Positions 10,134 through 21,556 of a stretch of 64,000 nucleotides of DNA are shown one piece after another. Made by a program: the position numbers and the translations under genes. Every line of letters begins with the position of its first letter. The stretch's first letter is position 1. The notes beneath the pieces were generated by a model. It did no database searches, had not been told where the DNA came from, and was given only the letters and a program-made list of their open reading frames with translations. Source of the stretch: an uncultured Odoribacter sp. (GTDB lineage Bacteria; Bacteroidota; Bacteroidia; Bacteroidales; Marinifilaceae); the NCBI GenBank assembly GCA_910589025.1, contig CAJURM010000011.1, positions 675 to 64,674 of the forward strand, in the 5' to 3' direction.

Positions 10134-10859
10134 ATGATCACAGCTTCACAAATCATCACCGAATTAGAGAACTGCGGGAATGCGGAGAAAGCCGCCCATC
10201 TTTCCGGTTTCTTCAAAACCGGGAAAGGACAATACGGAGAAGGCGACCGCTTTCTGGGGGTCACCGTTCCCGAACAAAGGGCCGTTGCCAAAAAATATGC
10301 GGCGGCAGAACTTCCGGTACTGGAACAATTATTGGCGTCTCCTTTCCACGAACAGCGGCTCACAGCTTTGCTGATTCTCGTACGGAAATATCAGAAAAGC
10401 AAAACAGCTCCGGAAAAGGAACAATATATCCGTTTTTATCTGAGCCACACCCGTTTCATCAACAACTGGGACCTGGTCGACCTCTCCTGCTATGCCCTTC
10501 TGGGTCACTGGCTGCAAGACAAAGAGCGGTCATTGCTTTATGAACTGGCAGAGAGTACCAACCTTTGGGAACAGCGAATTGCCATTGTCAGTTGCATGCA
10601 TTTCGTACGGCAAGGGGATTTCAAAGACTGTCTTGCCATTGCAGACAAACTGCTGCTCCACCCCCACGACCTCATCCACAAGGCTACCGGATGGTTACTT
10701 CGGGAAACCGGGAAAAGAGACAAAGACACCCTGGTGGCATTCCTGCAAGACCGCTATCTCCAGATGCCACGCACCATGTTAAGATATGCCATTGAACGCT
10801 TCCCGGAGGAGGAACGTAAAAAATGGATGAAACGGGGAAACCTCAAAACGGGGAAATAA
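10134..10859 (+). CDS. DNA alkylation repair protein (AlkD family)
   Basis: FKTGKGQYGEGD, NNWDLVD, IHKATGWLLRE, MPRTMLRYAIE. Confidence 0.9.
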   Translation: MITASQIITELENCGNAEKAAHLSGFFKTGKGQYGEGDRFLGVTVPEQRAVAKKYAAAELPVLEQLLASPFHEQRLTALLILVRKYQKSKTAPEKEQYIRFYLSHTRFINNWDLVDLSCYALLGHWLQDKERSLLYELAESTNLWEQRIAIVSCMHFVRQGDFKDCLAIADKLLLHPHDLIHKATGWLLRETGKRDKDTLVAFLQDRYLQMPRTMLRYAIERFPEEERKKWMKRGNLKTGK

Positions 10860-10883
10860 ATACAGAACAAACAGCACACACGT

Positions 10884-12770
10884 ATGATCAGTTTTTTACA
10901 GGTAGAGAATCTCAGCAAACGTTTCGGAGAACAGCTATTGTTTGAAAACCTCTCTTTCGGTATCGGAAAAAACCAGAAAGTAGCACTCATTGCCAAAAAC
11001 GGCATGGGAAAATCCACGCTGTTACAAATCATTGCAGGCAAAGACTCCCCCGAAAGCGGCAGCGTCATATTCCGCAACGACATCACCATAGGGTATCTGG
11101 AACAGACTCCCGACCTGAATCCCGAAAATACCATCTTCGAAGAGGTTTTCAGTTCCGATTCCCCTACGCTGAAAGTCATTAAAGAATATGAGAAAGCCAT
11201 TGCGGACAATAACATCACTGCCCTGGAGACCCTGATCCCGCAAATGGAATCGCTGTCCGCCTGGGACTATGAAAACACCGTAAAACAGATTCTCTCCAAA
11301 CTAAAAATCGATACTTACGACAAACCCGTCAAACACCTTTCCGGAGGACAAAAAAAGCGGGTAGGACTGGCCAAAGTACTCATCAGCAATCCGGATTTCC
11401 TGATACTGGATGAACCGACAAACCACCTGGATACCGAAATGACGGAATGGCTGGAAGAGTATCTCACGGAATCCAATGCCACCCTGCTGATGGTGACCCA
11501 CGACCGTTATTTTTTAGACCGCGTATGCAACCAGATTATCGAAATTGACGATTTCGGACTCTACTCGTATACCGGCAACTACTCTTACTACCTGGAAAAA
11601 CGGGAACAAAGAATAGAAAACCGCAATGCCACCATCGACAAAGCCCGGAATCTGCTCCGCACCGAACAGGAATGGATGCGCCGCATGCCCCAGGCCCGCT
11701 CACACAAAGCACAATACCGCATTGACAATTTTTATAAAATCAAAGCTATCGCCTCCCAGAGGACCGATGAAAAAAAACTGGAGTTAGACATCAAAGGCCA
11801 GCGGCTGGGAAAAAAAATCCTGGAGCTGGACCACGTCTGTAAAAATTTCGATTCCCACTGCCTGATCCGCGACTTCTCCTACAAATTCATCCGGGGAGAG
11901 AAAATCGGCATCATCGGGAAAAACGGTGTCGGCAAATCCACTTTTCTGAACATCATTACCCAAAACCTGGAACCCGATTCGGGAAAGATTGAAATCGGCG
12001 AAACCGTAGTATACGGCTACTACCAGCAATCGGGCATCCGTTTCAATGAAAGCGACCGGGTCATTGACATCGTCAAAAACATTGCGGAAAGGATTGATTT
12101 AGGCAACGGACAAGTCATGTCCGCCTCCCAGTTCCTCGAGTATTTCATGTTTACGGACAAACAGCAATACTCTTTGGTAGAAAAATTAAGCGGAGGGGAA
12201 CGCAGAAGATTATACCTGCTCACCGTATTGATGCGCAATCCGAATTTTCTGATACTCGACGAGCCGACCAACGACCTGGACATCGTGACGCTCAACGTAT
12301 TGGAAGAATATCTGAAAAGTTTTAAAGGATGCCTGCTGCTGGTATCCCACGACCGTTTTTTCACAGATAAACTGGCGGACCACATTTTCGCCTTCGAAGG
12401 CGACGGGGTTATCAAAGATTTTCCGGGTAACTACACCCAATACAAGAACTGGAAAGAAGAAGAAGAGGAAAAAAAGAAAAAGGAACGGGCAACCTCCAAG
12501 CCCCTGTCCTCCGAAACGAAAAAAAACAATCCTTCCCGCCAGGCTCCGGCAAAAACACGCCTGAGCTTTAAAGAAAAACAGGAATTTCAGTCCCTCGAAA
12601 AAGAAATAGAAGAACTGAACGCAGAAAAAAAACAACTGGAATCCGAACTAAGCCAGGGACAACTCTCCCCGGACGAACTGATAAAAAAATCAGAACGCAT
12701 CGGCCGGGTCATTGACCTACTGGACGAAAAAGAGATGAGATGGCTTGAGCTCAGTGAACGAAGTAATTAA
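10884..12770 (+). CDS. ABC-F family ATP-binding protein (Uup-like)
   Basis: Two ABC domains (NGMGKST, LSGGQ, DEPTNHLD; NGVGKST, LSGGE), no TM, C-terminal coiled coil ending RWLELSE. Confidence 0.92.
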   Translation: MISFLQVENLSKRFGEQLLFENLSFGIGKNQKVALIAKNGMGKSTLLQIIAGKDSPESGSVIFRNDITIGYLEQTPDLNPENTIFEEVFSSDSPTLKVIKEYEKAIADNNITALETLIPQMESLSAWDYENTVKQILSKLKIDTYDKPVKHLSGGQKKRVGLAKVLISNPDFLILDEPTNHLDTEMTEWLEEYLTESNATLLMVTHDRYFLDRVCNQIIEIDDFGLYSYTGNYSYYLEKREQRIENRNATIDKARNLLRTEQEWMRRMPQARSHKAQYRIDNFYKIKAIASQRTDEKKLELDIKGQRLGKKILELDHVCKNFDSHCLIRDFSYKFIRGEKIGIIGKNGVGKSTFLNIITQNLEPDSGKIEIGETVVYGYYQQSGIRFNESDRVIDIVKNIAERIDLGNGQVMSASQFLEYFMFTDKQQYSLVEKLSGGERRRLYLLTVLMRNPNFLILDEPTNDLDIVTLNVLEEYLKSFKGCLLLVSHDRFFTDKLADHIFAFEGDGVIKDFPGNYTQYKNWKEEEEEKKKKERATSKPLSSETKKNNPSRQAPAKTRLSFKEKQEFQSLEKEIEELNAEKKQLESELSQGQLSPDELIKKSERIGRVIDLLDEKEMRWLELSERSN

Positions 12771-12784
12771 AAACAACTCTGTTT

Positions 12785-14113
12785 ATGATACGGGAAACCA
12801 TACAGGAGTTTCTGAAAAAAAACGGCATTCCACAGGATGCCGGCTTTCTGATTGCCGTCAGCGGGGGGGCCGATTCCATCACATTACTGCATGCCTTCAA
12901 ATACTTGAATCTGAAAATAGCCGCCCTGCACTGTAATTTCAATTTAAGAGGCAAGGAATCGAACATGGACGAACAATTCGTCAAACGCTTCTGTGACACT
13001 TACGGCATCGCCTTAAACGTGAAGCATTTCGATACCCAAAGCTATGCCCGGGAAAAAGGCATCAGCATAGAAATGGCAGCACGCGAGCTCCGCTATGCGT
13101 GGTTTCGCGAAATGAAGCAGAAAAAACGGATGGATTATATTGTAACGGGACACCAAGCCGACGACGTGGCCGAAACCCTCTTTATCAACCTGTGCCGGGG
13201 CACCGGAATAAAAGGAGTAAGCGGCATCAAAGCCATAAACGGCGACATCCTGCGTCCGCTTCTTCCCTGTTCCCGGCAGGAAATCCTGCTTTACCTCGAA
13301 CAACACCAGTTAGGCTACCGGAACGATTCGTCCAACGATTCACTTGATTTTATGCGCAACATCATCCGGCATAAAATCCTCCCTGTATGCAAAGAGATTA
13401 ATCCGTCATTTCTCCGCACCGTCCGTGACAATTGCCAGGCCTTCCGCGAAACCGAAAAACTGTATCTTTATGGTATAGCACAACTACGCAAAGAGATTGT
13501 GGAACATACAGCCGATGAAGTCCTGATCCACATTGCCAGAACCATGAACTCTCCGGCGCCTTATACCCTGCTGTTTGAACTACTGCACCCCTACGGTTTC
13601 AACAAACACCAGGTATCCGACATCCTGCACAGTCACCTTGCCTCCCCCGGAAAAATGTTCCAAAGCAAAAATTACATGCTGACACGCGGACGCACCTATT
13701 GGAGGATTTTTAAGCCTGCCGAACAGCCGGAACTTCCCCTCTGCATTACAGAGCCCGGCACTTACCAGGTCGGACAGCAAAGCATCCGCATCGAACTCAT
13801 GCCGCGGACAGCCCTTTCAACCATCCCCACCGACCCGCACATCGCCTGCCTGGATGCCGGAAAAATCAAATTTCCGCTATACATCCGCCACTGGGAAAAA
13901 GGAGACTTATTTTGCCCTTTAGGCATGCACCAACTGAAAAAGAAACTCAGCGATTTTTTCAACGACCGGAAATTCACGGCCAAGCAAAAAGAAGAATGCC
14001 TGTTGCTCCTGTCCGAAAACAAAATTGCCTGGGTTATGGGTCACCGTCCGGACGACCGGTTCAAAATAACCTCATTCACCGAAACGATACTTCAAATCAC
14101 ATTATCCCCATAA
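12785..14113 (+). CDS. tilS: tRNA(Ile)-lysidine synthetase
   Basis: AVSGGADS, EMAARELRY, GHQADDVAET, RPLL. Confidence 0.95.
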   Translation: MIRETIQEFLKKNGIPQDAGFLIAVSGGADSITLLHAFKYLNLKIAALHCNFNLRGKESNMDEQFVKRFCDTYGIALNVKHFDTQSYAREKGISIEMAARELRYAWFREMKQKKRMDYIVTGHQADDVAETLFINLCRGTGIKGVSGIKAINGDILRPLLPCSRQEILLYLEQHQLGYRNDSSNDSLDFMRNIIRHKILPVCKEINPSFLRTVRDNCQAFRETEKLYLYGIAQLRKEIVEHTADEVLIHIARTMNSPAPYTLLFELLHPYGFNKHQVSDILHSHLASPGKMFQSKNYMLTRGRTYWRIFKPAEQPELPLCITEPGTYQVGQQSIRIELMPRTALSTIPTDPHIACLDAGKIKFPLYIRHWEKGDLFCPLGMHQLKKKLSDFFNDRKFTAKQKEECLLLLSENKIAWVMGHRPDDRFKITSFTETILQITLSP

Positions 14114-14424
14114 AAAAAGAGGCCGAAGCCTCTTTTTAAACACACTAACAATAAATTTACTACACTTAACAAGCTATAATTTCTATAACTCAATGCAAAG
14201 ATAAAACATTTAAAACGTTTGCGCGAATATTTTACATGATTTTTTACAATTATTTCAAAAGAAACTTCCCTCTTTGCCATAGCGATTCAAACGGGAGCTT
14301 ACAATCCGCTCTTCCCCTGTCTGTTTATTCGGAAATTTCGGCAGCCGACCATTAAATTTTAACACAAAAGTTTCGCTTTAAAGTTTTTCTCTCTATATTT
14401 GTTGCTACGAAAATTTAAAATGCT

Positions 14425-14559
14425 ATGAAGAACAAGAAAGTTGTGATTTATATCCTGTTGGGAGTTCTGGCAGCCAGCCTGCTCGGTTCATGCGCCATTG
14501 ACAAGAAATGTCCGGCTTATACGCAAGCGGATACGGAGCATGTAAATCCGGCGGTTTGA
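14425..14559 (+). CDS. Small lipoprotein, 44 aa (MKNKKVVIYILLGVLAASLLGSCAIDKKCPAYTQADTEHVNPAV)
   Basis: Not in the ORF track; basic N-terminus, hydrophobic core, lipobox LGSC; TATATTTG promoter at 14394-14401. Confidence 0.75.
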   Translation: MKNKKVVIYILLGVLAASLLGSCAIDKKCPAYTQADTEHVNPAV

Positions 14560-14632
14560 TTGTAATCGTTTGAGTACTTTTTTCAAACGGTTTTGAATTT
14601 CAGATGCGATAAAATAACTCACATTGTTATAA

Positions 14633-15682
<1,050 letters not shown>

Positions 15683-15705
15683 TTGTTTAAATTAGCTGAT
15701 CAACG

Positions 15706-15734
15706 AAAAGGATGTCTGTGAAGACATCCTTTTT
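15706..15734 (+). terminator. gap terminator
   Basis: AAAAGGATGTCT-GTGA-AGACATCCTTTTT. Confidence 0.85.
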
Positions 15735-15813
15735 CATTTTGTAAAATCAAGAAAAAGCATTTACTTTGTACTTAAAGTTTCAAACAAGTAGTTCAATTTT
15801 GAAGTAAATATCA

Positions 15814-15995
15814 TACATTTGCGTTAACATTGTATCTCTCTGCAAAAATTTGACCGTTATTGTTTAGACGAGAAACAAATGTGCAACGCCTGCGCTGTAT
15901 TGGATTGCAATACCAAAGCGTGGGCTTGCTTATTTTGTCTAAGGTCCGGTCAAATACCCTTGCAGAAAAATAAGTTAAGTCCACGCTTTTCTTAT
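15814..15995 (+). promoter_or_regulatory. Promoter plus structured attenuator-like leader (element 3)
   Basis: TACATTTG at 15814-15821; ~22-bp stem 15915-15936/15967-15989; loop complementary to 15840-15869. Confidence 0.55.
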
Positions 15996-16025
15996 TATAA
16001 TGCTAAACATCCAAAATAACAGTAC

Positions 16026-16373
16026 ATGAGTATCAAAGATATCGAAAATAAAAGTTTTGCCTTCATTGAACAAAATTTTAATGCCACATTTGCAGAATTA
16101 CCGGAAGATTTATTCAAAATTTGGCATATTACTATTCCAATAAAGACCTATTTGGAGGGCGATTACCAGAATCAATACGAATTCCGTATTTTCCTTTATG
16201 CGCTCAGAAAATACGAAGAGATTCACGGCATCCGCATTCCGGAAGAAACCATCCCCGCCCTTTTTAAAACATTCCAACTGATGCTTTCTATCCCCTCGTT
16301 GCGGAAAAATCCTCCTCTTCGTGAAACGGCTTTCCGCATTTTCGACTTTCAACTCTATCTCGATTTAATCTAA
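16026..16373 (+). CDS. Hypothetical protein (115 aa)
   Basis: AT-rich ORF with A-rich upstream initiation region; no recognised motif. Confidence 0.6.
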   Translation: MSIKDIENKSFAFIEQNFNATFAELPEDLFKIWHITIPIKTYLEGDYQNQYEFRIFLYALRKYEEIHGIRIPEETIPALFKTFQLMLSIPSLRKNPPLRETAFRIFDFQLYLDLI

Positions 16374-16628
16374 ACCTTTTTTCCCGGCAACATCCCGACA
16401 GACATCAACATACAGTTTAATTAAAACGGAAGGACAACATTTATCATCCCTCCGCTCTAACCCCAATATACCTGTCAGGCCCTTGGCTTCACCTTCCGGA
16501 AGATTTACGCAGCCTTCCGGAAGAAGGTTACATTTTTTCCCCGTTTTTTTCTTTCCCTTCAAAATCATTCCCTGCCGGATGTCAAACATTTTAACTATCT
16601 TTGGACAATAATACTCTATATCAACATC

Positions 16629-19121
16629 ATGAAAGCGATACTATTTCTTTTTTTTATCGGAAGTTATTTTTTCCTTTCCGCCCAGACACGGCAGGAATTT
16701 TTACTGGAAAAAAACTGGAAATTCACACGGGAAGACTCCCAACAGGCCGGCGATGTGAATTTTGACGACAGCCGCTGGCAAAACGTAACCGTACCTCACG
16801 ACTGGGCCATATACGGTCCTTTTGACGGGAAAAACGACCTACAGGAAGTAGCCATCACACAAGACGGCGAGAAACAGGCTTCCCTCAAATCCGGACGCAC
16901 CGGAGGCCTGCCTTTCGTCGGCACCGGATGGTACCGCACCCGCTTCACTCTCCCCGCTTTCCATAAAGGACAACGGGCATACATCCTTTTCGACGGAGCC
17001 ATGAGCCACGCACAAGTGTATGTAAACGGTAAAAAAGCAGGCTACTGGCCATACGGTTACAACTCTTTCCATTTCGACATAACGGACCTCGTACACTCCG
17101 ACGCACCCAACACGCTGGCCGTACGGTTGGAAAACTTACCGGAATCCTCCCGGTGGTACCCCGGTGCCGGTATATACCGGAATGTACACGTCCTTGTGAC
17201 AAATGATGTGCACATCCCCGTGTGGGGCACACAGCTCACAACCCCCGTAGTCAATCCGGACTACGCCAAAATAAATCTCAAAACCCGGATTGTCACCCCC
17301 GGAACAGCTTCCGGCTCAAACTATAAATTAGTCACGGAAATCAAAAACAGCCGCCAGGAAACCGTGGCAAGCCAGGAATCCATCCTGTCACCTTACGATG
17401 AAAACACATTCGAACAAAACTTCACCGTAAAGACGCCCGAACGCTGGTCACCGGAATCGCCCTCCCTCTATTATGCCTCTTCCAGGCTGTATGAAAACGA
17501 CATCTTAAAAGACGAATATACCACCCGGTTCGGCATCCGCTCCATTGAAATCATTCCGGAGAAAGGCTTCTACCTGAACGGCAAACGGACACAATTTCAG
17601 GGAGTATGCATGCACCACGACTTGGGCCCGTTGGGTGCCGCCGTCAACGAAGCCGCCTTGCGCCGCCAGTTAGACATCCTGAAAAACATGGGCTGCAACG
17701 CGATCCGTACTTCCCACAACATGCCCGCGCCCGAACTGATAGACCTGTGTGACGAAATGGGATTCATGGTCATGGCGGAATCTTTTGACGAGTGGAAAAT
17801 CCCCAAATGCAAAAACGGCTACAACCTGATTTTTGACGAATGGGCGGAAAAAGACCTGGTTAACCTGGTCAGACACTACCGCAACAATCCGAGTATCGTA
17901 ATGTGGTGCATCGGCAATGAAGTACCGGAACAGGGAGCCAAGGGAAAAGCACATGTAGCCCGGTTCCTGCAAGACATCTGCCATCGTGAAGACCCGTCCC
18001 GCCCCGTCACCCAGGGCATGGACCAGCCCCACTCCGTCATAAACAACAACTTTGCAGCAGTCATGGACGTAGCGGGTTTCAACTACCGTCCCCATGCCTA
18101 TCCGGAAGCCTATGCCAAACTCCCCCAACACCTCGTATTGGGTAGTGAAACCGCTTCCACCGTCAGCGCCCGCGGAGTATACAAATTCCCCGTTGAACGC
18201 AAAGCCATGGCCAAATATCCGGACCAGCAAAGCTCCTCTTACGACGTGGAACATTGCAGCTGGTCGAACCTGCCCGAAGACGACTTTATCCAGCACGAAG
18301 ACTATCCGTGGTGCATCGGCGAATTTGTCTGGACAGGATTCGATTACCTGGGTGAACCCACGCCCTACTACGAAGACTGGCCCAGCCACAGTTCCCTTTT
18401 CGGTATTGTCGACCTGGCAGGCTTACCCAAAGACCGCTACTACCTGTACCGGAGCCACTGGAACAAAAAAGCCGAAACCCTGCACATCCTTCCCCACTGG
18501 AACTGGAAAGGACGGGAGGGCGAAATCACGCCTGTTTTCGTTTACACGAACTATCCTTCTGCCGAACTCTTCATCAACGGCAAAAGCCAGGGCAGACGCA
18601 CCAAAGACACCTCAATCAAAGTCACAGACAGCAGCGACCAGGCCTCTCTGAAAAACCTTACCCGCCAAAACAGGTACCGCCTCATGTGGATGGACACCCG
18701 CTACGAACCGGGAACAGTCAAAGTAGTGGCTTATGACGAAAACAACAACGCTGTTGCCGAGCAGGAAATCCGCACCGCCGGAGCTCCGCATCACCTGGAA
18801 GTGACAGCAGACCGCACCGGCTTGAAAGCAAACGGAAAAGACCTGGCGTTCATCACGGTCAAAGTGGTAGACAAAAATGGCAACCTCTGTCCCGACGCCT
18901 CACACCTGATTCATTTCAAAGTCAAAGGTGCCGGCTCATACAGAGCGGCTGCCAACGGCGATGCCACCTGCATATTCCAGTTCCACAAACCGGAAATGCC
19001 CGCATTCAAAGGCATGCTGACAGCCATCGTCCAAAGCTCCGAAATCCCCGGAAACATCCGCTTTGAAGCGACAGCCAAAGGACTGAAAAGCGGAATACTG
19101 GAACTCGAAAGTAAAAAGTGA
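16629..19121 (+). CDS. Glycoside hydrolase family 2 (beta-galactosidase-like), secreted
   Basis: Signal peptide; SRWYPGAGIYRNV, NAIRTSHN, WCIGNEV, WTGFDYLGEP. Confidence 0.92.
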   Translation: MKAILFLFFIGSYFFLSAQTRQEFLLEKNWKFTREDSQQAGDVNFDDSRWQNVTVPHDWAIYGPFDGKNDLQEVAITQDGEKQASLKSGRTGGLPFVGTGWYRTRFTLPAFHKGQRAYILFDGAMSHAQVYVNGKKAGYWPYGYNSFHFDITDLVHSDAPNTLAVRLENLPESSRWYPGAGIYRNVHVLVTNDVHIPVWGTQLTTPVVNPDYAKINLKTRIVTPGTASGSNYKLVTEIKNSRQETVASQESILSPYDENTFEQNFTVKTPERWSPESPSLYYASSRLYENDILKDEYTTRFGIRSIEIIPEKGFYLNGKRTQFQGVCMHHDLGPLGAAVNEAALRRQLDILKNMGCNAIRTSHNMPAPELIDLCDEMGFMVMAESFDEWKIPKCKNGYNLIFDEWAEKDLVNLVRHYRNNPSIVMWCIGNEVPEQGAKGKAHVARFLQDICHREDPSRPVTQGMDQPHSVINNNFAAVMDVAGFNYRPHAYPEAYAKLPQHLVLGSETASTVSARGVYKFPVERKAMAKYPDQQSSSYDVEHCSWSNLPEDDFIQHEDYPWCIGEFVWTGFDYLGEPTPYYEDWPSHSSLFGIVDLAGLPKDRYYLYRSHWNKKAETLHILPHWNWKGREGEITPVFVYTNYPSAELFINGKSQGRRTKDTSIKVTDSSDQASLKNLTRQNRYRLMWMDTRYEPGTVKVVAYDENNNAVAEQEIRTAGAPHHLEVTADRTGLKANGKDLAFITVKVVDKNGNLCPDASHLIHFKVKGAGSYRAAANGDATCIFQFHKPEMPAFKGMLTAIVQSSEIPGNIRFEATAKGLKSGILELESKK

Positions 19122-19140
19122 TAACCAACTGCTGAACTGA

Positions 19141-19196
19141 AAAATACGCGGAAAATCCCGGAAGCCGTCCTTCCAAAGATTTCCCGCGTATTTTTT
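19141..19196. terminator. Bidirectional hairpin between convergent genes
   Basis: AAAATACGCGGAAAATC...GATTTCCCGCGTATTTT. Confidence 0.7.
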
Positions 19197-19216
19197 ATTC
19201 TGCCTACTGCAAGCAA

Positions 19217-20497
19217 TCACCGACAGAGCCAATCCACATAACGTGTTATGGCTTCACTACAAACAGGACAAAAACGGTCCGTTGCATGCAGGTTATTCAT
19301 CAGGCAGTTGGTCCACGGGCGGTAAACCCCTTTTGACACATATCCTCCCCCTTCATACACACCGACCCTTTCCGGTTTCTTCTTATCCACAGCCGTCGGC
19401 ACAGGTGTCGAAGCATCCATCAGTCCCTTCCATATCTTTTTCCGGCCGAAATCCACCAGTGTGGTCAGATTCTCTTCCCACGGCTCCACGTCTGCCGGAT
19501 ACATATCGCTATACGGGGCGTTACTGCCATACTCATCGCCCAACCCCAGCAACACATGTCCGAACTCATGCACATAAATCTTACCCGTACGCGTCGGATG
19601 GTTGGCGGCGCTGATGCCATAAAAATTATAAATACCGCCACCGCCATACTTCTGGGTATTGGAAAGCACATACACATATTCATAGGGTACATGGGCCGCA
19701 ATATCCCGGATGCCCTGGAAATCCTCAACCATCTGATACCGTTCCGCACCGAAAGTATAAAAACCGGCATCCAGAGCCGTACGCCGCCACACGTGTTCCC
19801 CCGGCATAGTCACCCCCGACTCGGCAGAAGGCGCCCACACCGCCCGCACATTAAACTGAGAGGCTTTCTCCTTAAAAGGCGAAAAACTGAAAAACTCCCG
19901 GACAAACCCTTCACACGCCTGCTGAAATTTTTCCTTCTCATTTTCGGCATACCCTTCCGGCAAAAGGACAATATCCACTTTATGGGCGGGATCACCGTTA
20001 TACATCACTTCGAAAGTCTCATAACAAGGCGTGAATTTCCGGATAAAATAATCATCCACCCGGAGGGTCTGCTCGAATTTCTTCTCAAAACTCCCCTGCC
20101 GGTTCCGGGCATACAACTCTATCCGCACATCGTTTTTCGGATAAGGGAACACCACCCCTTCAGGCATGCACTTTTGGGTTTTTCCCGCCTCCTCCGTCGT
20201 TTGCCACTCATTAAAGAGCGTACAGTACGACCGGGAATAAATCACCGTCCCGCTCGCCACATCCACAATTTTAAACATCTGATTGCCGTATCCCGTCGTA
20301 TCCACCAACGTGACCTTCGAACCGGCCCAATACGGCTCTTCAAGCAATTCATCAAAATAATAACACTCCGTCCGGCTGTCGCCGCAATGATAAAAATCAA
20401 AACGCAACGTCTTCTCCCGGAAATACTTCTCAAACTGGGCATTTGCCGCCTGACCGACAAAACAGCACAATAAAACTCCAATAAAAAAACGACTCAT
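19217..20497 (-). CDS. Peptidase M64 family metallopeptidase
   Basis: Signal peptide; YGGGGIYN; HEFGHVLLGLGDEY; GVYEGGGY; CLM and FCPVC. Confidence 0.9.
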   Translation of the reverse strand: MSRFFIGVLLCCFVGQAANAQFEKYFREKTLRFDFYHCGDSRTECYYFDELLEEPYWAGSKVTLVDTTGYGNQMFKIVDVASGTVIYSRSYCTLFNEWQTTEEAGKTQKCMPEGVVFPYPKNDVRIELYARNRQGSFEKKFEQTLRVDDYFIRKFTPCYETFEVMYNGDPAHKVDIVLLPEGYAENEKEKFQQACEGFVREFFSFSPFKEKASQFNVRAVWAPSAESGVTMPGEHVWRRTALDAGFYTFGAERYQMVEDFQGIRDIAAHVPYEYVYVLSNTQKYGGGGIYNFYGISAANHPTRTGKIYVHEFGHVLLGLGDEYGSNAPYSDMYPADVEPWEENLTTLVDFGRKKIWKGLMDASTPVPTAVDKKKPERVGVYEGGGYVSKGVYRPWTNCLMNNLHATDRFCPVCSEAITRYVDWLCR

Positions 20498-20513
20498 AAC
20501 TCTGGTATTAAGA

Positions 20514-21116
20514 TTATATCGTACACAAAAAAGTAACTAAAAAGGGCACACAAAAATCAACCGTCATTCCGTGTACCATAGCCACCACCACAAACTCCTT
20601 GCCCGAATAGCGGGTAATGACCGGAAGTGTCGTATCCATAGAAGTCGCCCCGCCCACAGCTATTGGCGCCAGCCTGCCGAAATAACGCACCAGCCAGGGA
20701 GCCGCCAGTAAAGCCGTCAACTCCCTCAATACATTCGACACCAAAGCGATGGTGCCCAACTCCGCCCCCTTATACTGGGTTATAAACACCGACGACAATG
20801 AATAATACCCGAACCCCGCCCCCACGGCCAAACAATCCGTCAGGCTCCGTCCCTGCATCACTCCGCTGATGAGGGCAGTCCCCAGAAAAGTCCCCGATAT
20901 CGTTGCCAAAGGAACCAATACGATTTTCAGATTCTGTTGCCTCAAAGCCTTCAATATCTCCCTGTCGCGTCCGATGCTCACCCCGACCAAAAACATCAAC
21001 ACATACAATACATACAGCGCAACTTCCCCCTCCGTAAAGAGCTCCGGCACTTCGAAAAAACGGCCCAGCAACACCCCGGCGACAAAACACCCTGTGATAA
21101 TCAGACTCTCTTTCAT
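20514..21116 (-). CDS. Lysine exporter LysO family (DUF340), larger subunit
   Basis: GFGYYSLS, NVLRE, GGATSMDTTLP. Confidence 0.88.
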   Translation of the reverse strand: MKESLIITGCFVAGVLLGRFFEVPELFTEGEVALYVLYVLMFLVGVSIGRDREILKALRQQNLKIVLVPLATISGTFLGTALISGVMQGRSLTDCLAVGAGFGYYSLSSVFITQYKGAELGTIALVSNVLRELTALLAAPWLVRYFGRLAPIAVGGATSMDTTLPVITRYSGKEFVVVAMVHGMTVDFCVPFLVTFLCTI

Positions 21117-21385
21117 TGCCCCGGTTTGGAAAAATAAAACTTATAAACCATCCAGGCACACACCACGCTCCCCCCGACAGCTCCCAGGGTAATCAATAAC
21201 GCATCCGCCCCTATCGTCCCCAGATTATCCATAATCTGCCGGTTATGCCCGACAGCAAGCCCTAACAAAAACAACAATACCAGAATCGCCCAGAATATCC
21301 CTTTCCGGATCACCCCGGGATGGCCCGCCTGCGTCAAACGTCCCAACACGATTCCTCCCACCATTAAACAGATAATGATCAACAT
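21113..21385 (-). CDS. LysO family small membrane protein
   Basis: LLFLLGLAVG; start MLIIICLMVGG at 21385; 4-nt overlap with the downstream gene. Confidence 0.8.
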   Translation of the reverse strand: MLIIICLMVGGIVLGRLTQAGHPGVIRKGIFWAILVLLFLLGLAVGHNRQIMDNLGTIGADALLITLGAVGGSVVCAWMVYKFYFSKPGQ

Positions 21386-21556
21386 CCTTTCACCCGATAA
21401 TAATTTCCGGTAAAGATAATGCAAGTTGAACGCAGTATCAAATTTATTTTCCTCCTGTCGAAACGTCGTCCGCCCGGCACAAAAATAGGAATCGTACCCG
21501 GACATCGGGAACAATTTATAACTTTGCCACCCGGAAACCAAACGTCCGTACACACC

